Shown: positions 30,628 through 38,395, counted from the stretch's first letter. The stretch: 64,000 bases of DNA from Methylococcaceae bacterium UBA975 (GCA_002292375.1 DBBV01000020.1:8197-72196); one strand, 5' to 3'. The notes: a model not told the origin generated them from the sequence alone. Numbers and translations: made by a program.

Positions 30628-30909
30628 CTAGTGGTAATCAGTTATTTCTACATTGAAAGCATGGCCATTTTCAAACTCAAAACATAGCCTCCATTGTTGA
30701 TTAATTCGTATGCTGTATTGACCCTTTCTATTACCACTAAGTTTTTCCAAGTGATTCGAGGGTGGCAGACGTAAATCTTCAATGACCGCTGCATTATCTA
30801 TCTGTACTAACCGCATCAATGCGCGAGTTTTTAAATTAACAGGCAGTTTTTTAGGAAACTTACCATTAGCGGCTTGCTCAGTTAACTTGTCAGCAAAACT
30901 TTTAATCAT
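30628..30909 (-). CDS. higB: HigB RelE-family toxin
   Basis: MIKSF, DLRLPPSNHLEKL, SIRINQQWRLCF, EITDYH. Confidence 0.95.
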   Translation of the reverse strand: MIKSFADKLTEQAANGKFPKKLPVNLKTRALMRLVQIDNAAVIEDLRLPPSNHLEKLSGNRKGQYSIRINQQWRLCFEFENGHAFNVEITDYH

Positions 30910-30917
30910 AAAAATAT

Positions 30918-30952
30918 AATAACGTCTTTCGTTAATAATGCAAGGCGTTATT
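30918..30952 (-). promoter_or_regulatory. higBA promoter/operator
   Basis: TTGCAT-N16-TATTAT overlapped by TAACG/CGTTA inverted repeats. Confidence 0.55.
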
Positions 30953-30975
30953 GTTTTGCATTGAGCTTAATCATT

Positions 30976-31253
30976 GTTAAAGGAAGGTTTACTGCTTCGG
31001 CAATGTGGGTAGAGCGTTGCACGCCTACAAAGATGTAGGCGGTAGAACGACTCAGGAGACAAAGTCGAGGAGCAATTGCAGAGCACGAACCCGAAAAACA
31101 ACTGATTGTTGCGATTGAGCGCCCTTTTCTTTGGTTCGTAGCTTTTAGTCTCACTTGGCGGTTGTTTTTTTTAACCGCTTAGTGAGACTTATACCTTTAG
31201 GTGATGGGAAAGCAAAAGAAATGAACGCCCTAGCGGCAGCAATAGCCTTTAAC
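30976..31253. repeat. 278-bp structured palindromic element (MITE/REPIN-like)
   Basis: Ends GTTAAAGG...CCTTTAAC; internal hairpins GCCTACA/TGTAGGC and AGTCTCACT...AGTGAGACT; TTTTCTTT/AAAAGAAA arms. Confidence 0.6.
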
Positions 31254-31262
31254 CTATTAAAC

Positions 31263-31306
31263 CAATCGAGTCTGACCCTATTGATTTTACTCTGACCCCA
31301 AATACT
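31263..31306 (+). repeat. Fused type A plus type B TCTGACCC repeats
   Basis: CAATCGAGTCTGACCCTATTGATTTTACTCTGACCCCAAATACT. Confidence 0.88.
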
Positions 31307-31312
31307 TATTAC

Positions 31313-31804
31313 CTATTTAAATCGTTGATAGTCGTCACAAGCTTCATTTTTATTTTTGCGTAAGCTCACATCGTTCGAACCTAATGCAATGGCCGTGGCT
31401 ACATTGCATTTTTTTCTAGCTAGTTGCACCTCACTTTCCACTGTACCTTCAGCAATACTGGCAATAGTTGGTTTAAACGATGCCGCCGCGTAACAGTACA
31501 TGTTTTTTGTTTTCTTATATCGCCAACCAAGTTCAGGTTTTTGTTGTAATTCAAAGCATAGGTCGGCAAACAACTGCTTTGCTGCAATCGTGCATTTAGA
31601 AAAATCTTGAATGTTATTTGTATAGGTATAACAAACACTTTGGTCTCTCACCCGCCATAACTGATGATGAAAAGGCACAACCAAACCTTTATGCTGAATT
31701 GAGACTGCCGTTACTTCTGTGCCAATCAAGTCGGTTATTTCTTCATGCACGCTTACAGAGACATAATTAATATATGCACCAAAAGCCATTGATAGTGGGT
31801 CCAC
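31313..31804 (-). CDS. Hypothetical Cys-containing protein flanked by 23-bp direct repeats
   Basis: 163 aa, GTG start after an AGGAG RBS; no family recognised. Confidence 0.65.
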   Translation of the reverse strand: MDPLSMAFGAYINYVSVSVHEEITDLIGTEVTAVSIQHKGLVVPFHHQLWRVRDQSVCYTYTNNIQDFSKCTIAAKQLFADLCFELQQKPELGWRYKKTKNMYCYAAASFKPTIASIAEGTVESEVQLARKKCNVATAIALGSNDVSLRKNKNEACDDYQRFK

Positions 31805-31910
31805 TGTATTCTCCTTGTGAAAGCCTTAGTCCTTTAAGCCCGATTAAAACCAAATAAAAGTAATTTGGCAACACCGTATTGTTAACCCGACGGAAGATAC
31901 CCGTTAATTA

Positions 31911-31933
31911 ATTTTACTCTGACCCCAAATACT
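31911..31933 (+). repeat. TCTGACCC repeat, type B
   Basis: ATTTTACTCTGACCCCAAATACT, identical to 31284-31306. Confidence 0.9.
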
Positions 31934-31935
31934 CT

Positions 31936-32066
31936 ATATCGTTGTGTCGGTTTTATCTTTAACCAAATCGACCCACTGTTCATACCCTGCCAAAGATTGG
32001 GTGTTATGAACCACATGACCATGTATTTTTGATGTTTCTTTAATGAGCATCATCTACGTCCTTGAG
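31936..32066 (-). pseudogene. 5' fragment of a cassette (about 40-codon ORF) ending at a type B repeat
   Basis: After core GTTAGGG: MLIKETSKIHGHVVHNTQSLAGYEQWVDLVKDKTDTTI*, whose stop abuts the repeat; no attC follows. Confidence 0.55.
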
Positions 32067-32170
32067 CCCTAACGCAGCCATTTGCGGGCTGAGTGAGATG
32101 GCGGTTTTTTTGCGTGTTTTTGCAAAAAAACTGACAGCTCACGGAGATCCGCAAGATGGCCTTGTTATAG
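32067..32170 (-). other. attC site (104 bp)
   Basis: CTATAAC-AAGGCCATCTTGCGG...CCGCAAATGGCTGC-GTTAGGG long imperfect palindrome. Confidence 0.9.
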
Positions 32171-32212
32171 CTGTATTACAATGCATTCGATAAAACCTAA
32201 GTAAGTGATGGG

Positions 32213-32827
32213 TCAATTTGTTATCTTTATCGCTTTCTCTAGGCGCACACCTCCATCGGCAACAATAGCCATAAAAGCTTTACAAACAGCTTCATCATAA
32301 AGGTGTGAATTATTAGTTAGCTCACTTATAACTCTTTCTATTCCAAGCGCCTTTCTATAAGGTCTCGCATTCATCATTGCATCGGTTACATCAGCGACTG
32401 CTAAAATTCTACCACCTAAGCAGATTTTATTACCCATCAATCCATTTGGGTAACCGCTTCCATTCATTCTTTCGTGATGCTGCAAAACCATTTCACGTAC
32501 TGGCCATGGAAAATCAATGCCTGATAATAATTGATCAGCCCTTGCTGCATGGGTTTTGATTAGAGCAAATTCCTCATCAATGAGATCGCCATACTTAGAT
32601 AGCAGCTCATTAGGTATAGCAGATTTACCAATATCGTGTAACTGACCAGCAACACGAATTCCTTCTACTTCAAAAGAACTTAGTTTCATTTCCTGCCCAA
32701 TTAGGCGAGCAATGACGGAGACATTATTTTGGTGTTGTGCAGTGTATACATCACTCGAAGCCATTACAGATGATATGCTGCTAATAAGTTGATATAAAAA
32801 CAAATCACTTCGCTTATTATTTTTCAT
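32213..32827 (-). CDS. Cassette-encoded stand-alone HD-GYP protein (c-di-GMP phosphodiesterase-like)
   Basis: LHDIGK, HHERMNGSGYPNGL, ILAVADV...RPYR. Confidence 0.9.
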   Translation of the reverse strand: MKNNKRSDLFLYQLISSISSVMASSDVYTAQHQNNVSVIARLIGQEMKLSSFEVEGIRVAGQLHDIGKSAIPNELLSKYGDLIDEEFALIKTHAARADQLLSGIDFPWPVREMVLQHHERMNGSGYPNGLMGNKICLGGRILAVADVTDAMMNARPYRKALGIERVISELTNNSHLYDEAVCKAFMAIVADGGVRLEKAIKITN

Positions 32828-32887
32828 TTCCTTCCTTTAGAACCTAAACATATAATTTTCGGTTACAAATCTAAACCCGCTTGATGC

Positions 32888-32977
32888 CTATAACGTTTTA
32901 ATAACTTGCGACTTTGAGGTTCGGCCTGCTTTTTAGGCCGTAGCTCAAAGTTGTCAATGTTGATTTACTTGTTATGT
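32888..32977 (-). other. attC site (90 bp)
   Basis: ACATAAC...GACAACTTTGAGCTACGGCC/GGCCGAACCTCAAAGTCGC...GTTATAG. Confidence 0.9.
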
Positions 32978-32979
32978 GC

Positions 32980-33531
32980 TTATAGCCAATAACGTGGATA
33001 ATGCCTTTTAGGATTTGAAGATAAATTATTTATTACTAATGCAACGAGCAACATAATTACTGCACCTACCCCTATGGGCAATACTACATATAAATATCCG
33101 AGACCATGAATACTGTCACTACCTATAACTGCAATTAAAGCTGTTGCTCCACCTGGTGGATGTAAAGTAACCGTGTAATGCATAGCGACTATTGATAATG
33201 AAACTGCAAGCGCACTTAATAACTCGATATTAAGAGGGATATATTTATAAAGACTGATACCAATAAATGCAGAAATAATATGCCCACCTAATAAATTTCT
33301 AGGCTGTGAAAATTCTGCTTGTGGCGTGCCATAGATTAATACCGCAGAGGCACCAAATGAACCAACTAGAAATAGACTGTTGAGCGCATCTATATGTAGC
33401 CAATTATGGATAGTAGATACAATATAAATACCAATGAATGCTCCAAGCCAAGACCAGCCAATTTTATGGTGCGGCTTTCTCGAAGGTCTTTTATCGCCTC
33501 CAGTCATTTTTTTAAAATATTGTTTAATCAT
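32980..33531 (-). CDS. Cassette-encoded HPP-family membrane protein
   Basis: SFGASAVL, FSQPRNL, HPPGGATAL. Confidence 0.92.
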   Translation of the reverse strand: MIKQYFKKMTGGDKRPSRKPHHKIGWSWLGAFIGIYIVSTIHNWLHIDALNSLFLVGSFGASAVLIYGTPQAEFSQPRNLLGGHIISAFIGISLYKYIPLNIELLSALAVSLSIVAMHYTVTLHPPGGATALIAVIGSDSIHGLGYLYVVLPIGVGAVIMLLVALVINNLSSNPKRHYPRYWL

Positions 33532-33539
33532 GTTTTTTC

Positions 33540-33594
33540 ACATAACGCCAAAAGAACCCGCGCCTATGGCGTCGGGTTGCTTGCCTTGTTAAGC
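33540..33594 (-). other. attC site (55 bp)
   Basis: GCTTAAC-AAGGC-AAGCAACC...GGTTCTT-TTGGC-GTTATGT, canonical R''/L''/L'/R' layout. Confidence 0.92.
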
Positions 33595-34013
33595 AAATTT
33601 TCACCACCACGATAATGCTTAGGTGACAATCGATTTATATCGTGGAACGCTTCTTTATATGAATCGACGGGCCAAGCCCATGCCTCCTGAATTTCATACT
33701 CTTTGTTATACAGCACCCAAACCAGAATATCCCAGTCGTAGTTCTTTGCTTTTGGCACCATTGTTACTTTGCTGCCAGCCTTTCCGGATGGCCGATTACC
33801 TTTAACTTGATAGCGGATATTGTTGAATATGAAATCATAGCCTTTTTGCACGGCTGTTTGTGATTGCATGAAATTTGAATATTCACTTTCACTCATACCA
33901 ACTAATAGCGCCGCATCAAGTTCAGAGAGCGCAGATGTTATTAATGGAGCGACACCAAATTTTTCTTGCCAGCTCAGGGCTACATTAACAAGATTATATC
34001 GAATTCTATTCAT
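33564..34013 (-). CDS. Cassette-encoded hypothetical protein, possible PD-(D/E)xK nuclease fold
   Basis: SELDAA...KGYDFIFNNIRYQVKG resembles an E...D-x8-QxK arrangement. Confidence 0.6.
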   Translation of the reverse strand: MNRIRYNLVNVALSWQEKFGVAPLITSALSELDAALLVGMSESEYSNFMQSQTAVQKGYDFIFNNIRYQVKGNRPSGKAGSKVTMVPKAKNYDWDILVWVLYNKEYEIQEAWAWPVDSYKEAFHDINRLSPKHYRGGENLLNKASNPTP

Positions 34014-34022
34014 GGTTTTATT

Positions 34023-34082
34023 GCTTAACGTTTTAAATAAGCCGCCGCGCTTTGCGCGGTCGGATTGATTTTTTTGTTAGGT
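34023..34082 (-). other. attC site (60 bp)
   Basis: ACCTAAC-AAAAAAATCAATCCGACCGCGCAAAGCGCGGCGGCTTATTTAAAAC-GTTAAGC. Confidence 0.92.
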
Positions 34083-34385
34083 TTTTTCATTGTCAGTTTT
34101 ATTTGCAAATTCGTTGAAGTGCTTTCCAAACGCTTCATCTTCGTAATGGTTTGGATTGTACGAAAGAACGGCTGAACTTAAATGTTTTGTTTTAACTAGG
34201 AGAAGTACGCATGTGGTGGAAAGAATTACTGTTGCAGCTGCCAATAACGCTATTGCTGTGGCTAGCTTATCTACGCTTAAAGGAGATAGGGCAGATACTA
34301 CCCAGTCATGGATTAGCCAGAAAGCAGCGCCCTCTATCAGAACGAGAGAGGCATATTTCACTATTGATAATAGGCTTTTTGACAT
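34077..34385 (-). CDS. Cassette-encoded small two-TM hypothetical protein
   Basis: 102 aa with two hydrophobic segments; stop within the attC core. Confidence 0.7.
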   Translation of the reverse strand: MSKSLLSIVKYASLVLIEGAAFWLIHDWVVSALSPLSVDKLATAIALLAAATVILSTTCVLLLVKTKHLSSAVLSYNPNHYEDEAFGKHFNEFANKTDNEKT

Positions 34386-34425
34386 TTATTGCGCTCCTTG
34401 CTCATCGCTTAGTAGTGACTTAGAA

Positions 34426-34513
34426 ACCTAACGCCCGCCTTCAGCCGGCCGCTTGGAGCGGATGACCGAAGGGAAGTAGCGGAAAGTGGGTCGGCTGCAA
34501 GGCATTGTTATAA
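34426..34513 (-). other. attC site (88 bp)
   Basis: TTATAAC-AATGCCTTGCAGCCGACC...GGCCGGCTGAAGGCGGGC-GTTAGGT. Confidence 0.92.
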
Positions 34514-35437
34514 GCCAGCTTTATTGGCTTCGTTTTCCATCGAATCCCAAAACTCACTATCCAATTTTTTAATTTGGATTGTTTGCTCCACTTGTAGCCC
34601 AACTCCATATTCATACAGGTAGGTAGCGAGCTGCTGGCCGTCAATGAGAATTAAGGTAGTAGCACCGTTTAAACTCTCGGCATAAGAAACCGCGCCCTGC
34701 GAAAATGTAGATGTAGTAATGAATACGCCTTTATTGGATTGAGCCACCGCCAATGCACCAACAAATTTTTGTATTTCTTCTCTACCAACACTATTTGCCT
34801 GAGCGTAGCGTTTTGCCTGAATATGAATACGGCCAAGACCTAGGACATCTTCTTTGATGATGCCGTCTATGCCACCATCGTTAGTGTACGAGGTGACGAC
34901 CCCTGAGCCTTTTATTTCACCGCCATATCCCATCTTTTGCAGCAGAAGTACCACGAGTTTTTCAAACTCTCGTGGTGTTTTACTAAGAACGGTATCAATA
35001 ATTTCCTGATACCTCGATCCCCGAATTTTCTCCGCAGAAGCATACAACTCTTCTTGCGGTGTGAGGCTATCTTGGTTTGTTGCCAACTGTGACGGCTTAG
35101 AGGGTTTCGATTTTTGCTTCTTGGCAAATTCGGCCACCACAAAATCATTTATACCATCGGGCGACGCAAGCTTTTCAGTGCCAAGAGAGCTAATTTCATA
35201 AACGCCACGCTTAGGCTTTTTCAGTAAGCCCGCCATATTCATGTAACTAAGCGCCCAGCTTATGCGGTCATAGAATATCTTTCCGTTCCCGGATTCATAT
35301 TCTTCGTGGAGTTCGTCTTCGGATAAGGCGAAATGCTTTGCTAGTGGCGCTTCGAATTCGCTGAGTTTCAGTTGCCCGCGCTCAGAGAGCAAAGACAGCG
35401 CTGGGACGCGAATTTCATCGTGTTTTGGGATTGTCAC
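34508..35437 (-). CDS. mrr: Cassette-encoded Mrr-family type IV restriction endonuclease
   Basis: N-terminal winged helix (FYDRISWALSYM) and catalytic DGGIDG...HIQAKRY. Confidence 0.92.
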   Translation of the reverse strand: MTIPKHDEIRVPALSLLSERGQLKLSEFEAPLAKHFALSEDELHEEYESGNGKIFYDRISWALSYMNMAGLLKKPKRGVYEISSLGTEKLASPDGINDFVVAEFAKKQKSKPSKPSQLATNQDSLTPQEELYASAEKIRGSRYQEIIDTVLSKTPREFEKLVVLLLQKMGYGGEIKGSGVVTSYTNDGGIDGIIKEDVLGLGRIHIQAKRYAQANSVGREEIQKFVGALAVAQSNKGVFITTSTFSQGAVSYAESLNGATTLILIDGQQLATYLYEYGVGLQVEQTIQIKKLDSEFWDSMENEANKAGL

Positions 35438-35452
35438 GAACTCTCCTCTGAC

Positions 35453-35534
35453 TTATAACGCTTACATAAGGGGCGCGCAGCTTTTGGCGCGTCCCAGTGA
35501 GCGATAGCGAACGAGCTTGATGTTTTTGTTAGGT
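35453..35534 (-). other. attC site (82 bp)
   Basis: ACCTAAC-AAAAACATCAAG...GGGACGCGCCAAAAGCTGCGCGCCCCTTATGTAAGC-GTTATAA. Confidence 0.92.
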
Positions 35535-35556
35535 ATTGCGAGATATAAACCGACAC

Positions 35557-35859
35557 TTAAGATATGCGCTCATAAGTTTGGATTGAAAATTCTACTCCCT
35601 GAGATTGGAACAATGAACTGGACTTACCCATGATGTTGGCCCAAGCGGCGCTTTCCATGCAAGCCTCATGATCGGATTTGGATTCCCACTCCCAATACAT
35701 CATTGTCTCACTCGAATCCGTAGATAGATGAAAAGCGACCGAGACAAACCCCGGCTGTCTTTTTGCTATAGGGATCATTTCCAAACCAACATTTTGTATT
35801 TGTTCCTTAAAAGAAGGTGGAAATCTAACTTTTGAAATCGCTACATAGCTCATTGGCAT
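35557..35859 (-). CDS. Cassette-encoded ABM-family (antibiotic biosynthesis monooxygenase-like) protein
   Basis: RQPGFVS...YWEWESKSDHEA dimeric alpha-beta barrel pattern; first cassette of the array. Confidence 0.8.
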   Translation of the reverse strand: MPMSYVAISKVRFPPSFKEQIQNVGLEMIPIAKRQPGFVSVAFHLSTDSSETMMYWEWESKSDHEACMESAAWANIMGKSSSLFQSQGVEFSIQTYERIS

Positions 35860-35884
35860 TACCTTTGGCAGTTTTCGTTTTGAT

Positions 35885-35960
35885 ACCTAACTTGTTATTA
35901 AGGGGAACAAAAAGTCCCTGTAATTCCTTTACATAGCTGGACAATAATACCCTGTAATCT
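35885..35960 (-). other. Candidate attI site
   Basis: CCCCTTAATAACAA-GTTAGGT resembles attI1 CCCTAAAACAAA-GTT; no complementary attC left arm; two ATTACAGGG direct repeats upstream (35916-35924, 35950-35958). Confidence 0.65.
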
Positions 35961-35969
35961 GATAATCAA
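35941..35969 (-). promoter_or_regulatory. Candidate Pc cassette promoter
   Basis: TTGATT-N17-TATTGT pointing into the array. Confidence 0.4.
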
Positions 35970-36027
35970 GCTCAAAGCATGCCTGTTAACATGAAACAAG
36001 AGGTCAGCCAGCTTGATTTAATTTTGC

Positions 36028-36165
36028 TGTGGGTTACACCATAAGCTGCGACTAGCAACCCTTACATTTACTGGGCTCATGGACTTCATTAACCGTTTGT
36101 TTGCGACTAAATAGAAGCATAAGGTGCGACTTTACCCGTGAAAAGCGGCATAAGGTGCGACTTTA
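36028..36165 (+). mobile_element. Tn7-like transposon end (tns-distal, left-type) with TnsB-type binding sites
   Basis: TGTGGGTTACACC-ATAAGCTGCGACT has the same TGT-to-ATAA spacing as the Tn6677 end (TGTTGATGCAACC-ATAAAGTG, recalled). Further copies at about 36102 (weak), 36117-36134 and 36148-36165 (identical GCATAAGGTGCGACTTTA). Confidence 0.72.
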
Positions 36166-36421
36166 TTATTCTCATGCTGCTTTTAGCTATTTTTAAGTTT
36201 CAAACGATATGGGGGGAGCAATGACAACTGACTGCAAATGCTAGAGAACTTGAACCTTGAACCTCCAACCACCAGTACCACAAACTGGTATCTCTCACGC
36301 CTAACTAATTGATTTTTATAATATATAAAAAAACCATCTAACCTTTTACTGTAGATCACCCTATATGAATCAATAATTTGAACCGTTTGGTTAGACGTTA
36401 TTGGTAATTATCATAAACTCC

Positions 36422-37438
36422 TTATTTATAGTTTTGACACCACGATGCCAACGTATCAACCCATGCTGGATGCTCATTGAGGCAAGGGATTAAATTTAGT
36501 TCACTGCCCCCTGCTTCTTTAAACATTTCGTCTGCGCGAATAGCAATTTCTTCTAACGTTTCTAAACAATCAGTAACAAAAGCTGGGCAAATAACCAATA
36601 CGTTTTTTACGCCTGATTGGGCCAGTTCACGCAAGCGATCTTCCGTATTGGGCCCAAGCCATTTAGCGCGGCCTAGCCTAGATTGGAAGGCGATAGAGTA
36701 TTTATCTGAAGGGATGCCGGCCTGATCAACGAAACATTGCGTGGTACGCATAATTTGGTGGCGGTAACAGGTTTTATGTGCCTCATTGGTTTGTTGGCAA
36801 CAATCTGGACGTTGTAAGCAATGCTGGCCTGTTGGGTCGCGTTTTGTAATGTGCGATTCCGGTAAGCCGTGGTAACTAAAGACGATGTGATCGTACTCTT
36901 CCTCCAAGTATGGCTTGGCACTGAGCACTAGAGCATCAATGTAGTCTGGCTGGTCATAAAACGGTTCAACCACGTTCAGTATAATGTTTAACTGATGTTT
37001 TTTTATAACACGTTCTGCTTCCTCAATTGAAGTGGTGACGGTGCTATCAGCAAAGTGTGGGTAGAGCGGGATGTAAACCACTTCTTCGATACCGGGCTGT
37101 TGACTGAGCGTTAATAATTCACTTTCTATACTTGGTTTGCCATACCGCATAGCCATTGCAACGGGCATATCCAATTTAGCCTGTAGTGCGTTTTTAAGGT
37201 GATCAGATAAGACAACCAATGGCGAACCCTCATCCGTCCAGACGCTTTGATACGCCTGCGCTGAAGCTTTGGGCCTTGTTGGCAACACAAACAGACTAAC
37301 GATCATTCGGCGTAGTAACCACGGTAACTGAATGACGTGGTGGTCCATTAAAAACTGATTGAGATAACGTCGAACTGATGCTGTGTCTGGATTATCTGGT
37401 GAACCCAAATTGGCCAGTAGTACCGCTTTATTAGTCAT
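36422..37438 (-). CDS. hemH: Ferrochelatase
   Basis: LLANLGSP, MRYGKPS, FSYHGLP, FQSRLG, FVTDCLETLEE. Confidence 0.96.
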   Translation of the reverse strand: MTNKAVLLANLGSPDNPDTASVRRYLNQFLMDHHVIQLPWLLRRMIVSLFVLPTRPKASAQAYQSVWTDEGSPLVVLSDHLKNALQAKLDMPVAMAMRYGKPSIESELLTLSQQPGIEEVVYIPLYPHFADSTVTTSIEEAERVIKKHQLNIILNVVEPFYDQPDYIDALVLSAKPYLEEEYDHIVFSYHGLPESHITKRDPTGQHCLQRPDCCQQTNEAHKTCYRHQIMRTTQCFVDQAGIPSDKYSIAFQSRLGRAKWLGPNTEDRLRELAQSGVKNVLVICPAFVTDCLETLEEIAIRADEMFKEAGGSELNLIPCLNEHPAWVDTLASWCQNYK

Positions 37439-37445
37439 ATTGAGT

Positions 37446-38354
37446 TTAATTTTTGGTGGTTAAAACGTCTGTTAACGCTAGTTTTAGGTCGGGATAATAG
37501 AAATGAAAACCCATTGCTTGTGCTTTCTCGGGAATTGTTCTTTGGCCGGTTAACAATAAACCAGACATTTCGCCTAACAGGGCTTTAAGTAACCACGCAG
37601 GTACCGGAATAAACGCATAGCGATGGAGAACGTCGGCCAATGTCTTCGTAAATAGTTTATTCGACACAGGGTTTGGTGAGTTAGCATTAAACGGCCCTTC
37701 TGCCTGATTATTGTTCGCTAGAAATGCGAGCAAGTTGACCATATCCTTAATATGTACCCAAGGCATGTATTGCTGACCAGAACCGAGCCGGCCCCCAACA
37801 CCTAATTTGAATGGCAACAACATTTTGTGCAAAAAACCACCGTTCGATGCTAAGACTAGCCCTGTTCGTACCGTGCAGACACGAACACCGGATTGTGAAG
37901 CGCGCAAGGCTTGTTGTTCCCATGCCTCGCACAATTGATGCGTGTATTCATCGGTAAAGTCACTTTGCTCTGTTAAAACGGTGTCTCCGCCATCGCCATA
38001 CCACCCGACGGCCGAACCGCTGATTAAACACTCCGGAACGTGTCTACGTTCCACTATCCAATCCACTAGATTTCTTGTTAAGCCTATTCGGCTGTCTTCT
38101 AACGCGGCTTTACGTTTTTTTGTCCACGGTTTGTCGGCAATAGGCTCGCCGGCCAAGTTGATGACCCAATCAATACTCATGTCGTCATCAATCTCAGTTA
38201 ATGACCGAATGCCTTTAACCCGCTTGCCGCATTTATCTTTAACCGTTTCTGGGTTTCTACTTAATACGGTAACGTGGTGATTTTGGCCTAGCAATTGTTC
38301 ACACAACGCCGAACCAATTAAGCCTGTTCCACCTGTTATAAGAATATTTTTCAT
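37446..38354 (-). CDS. TIGR01777-family NAD-dependent epimerase-like oxidoreductase (YfcH-like)
   Basis: ITGGTGLIG, NLAGEPIA, GSGQQYMPWVH. Confidence 0.9.
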   Translation of the reverse strand: MKNILITGGTGLIGSALCEQLLGQNHHVTVLSRNPETVKDKCGKRVKGIRSLTEIDDDMSIDWVINLAGEPIADKPWTKKRKAALEDSRIGLTRNLVDWIVERRHVPECLISGSAVGWYGDGGDTVLTEQSDFTDEYTHQLCEAWEQQALRASQSGVRVCTVRTGLVLASNGGFLHKMLLPFKLGVGGRLGSGQQYMPWVHIKDMVNLLAFLANNNQAEGPFNANSPNPVSNKLFTKTLADVLHRYAFIPVPAWLLKALLGEMSGLLLTGQRTIPEKAQAMGFHFYYPDLKLALTDVLTTKN

Positions 38355-38395
38355 CGCAACGATATTTAATTTATTGATTCATAATGACACACATC

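Larger units (their letters stand above)
29614..35891 (-). mobile_element. Integron gene cassette array without an integrase gene in the window
   Basis: Single minus-strand ORFs each followed by RYYYAAC...GTTRRRY palindromes. For cassettes 1-6 the 5' core is the exact complement of the 3' inverse core (GTTAGGT/ACCTAAC, GTTATAA/TTATAAC, GTTAGGT/ACCTAAC, GTTAAGC/GCTTAAC, GTTATGT/ACATAAC, GTTATAG/CTATAAC). Confidence 0.93.

Noticed and set aside
30948-31154. 68-aa ORF upstream of higB
   Set aside because: Lies within the palindromic repeat element; no RBS or protein features.
30976-31253. Palindromic element as an attC
   Set aside because: Polarity is GTT...AAC, the reverse of attC, and it is much longer than the other sites.
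35885-35990. Site at 35885 as an ordinary attC
   Set aside because: No upstream RYYYAAC arm complementary to the right half; treated as candidate attI.
35991-36044. Short ORF MKQEVSQLDLILLWVTP as the intI N-terminus
   Set aside because: No recognisable IntI motif in the 12 codons before the transposon end; undecidable without the other flank.
36041-36165. CRISPR mini-array from the 18-bp GCATAAGGTGCGACTTTA repeats
   Set aside because: Repeats are too short, the spacer is only 13 bp and spacing is irregular; they fit TnsB sites after a terminal TGT better.
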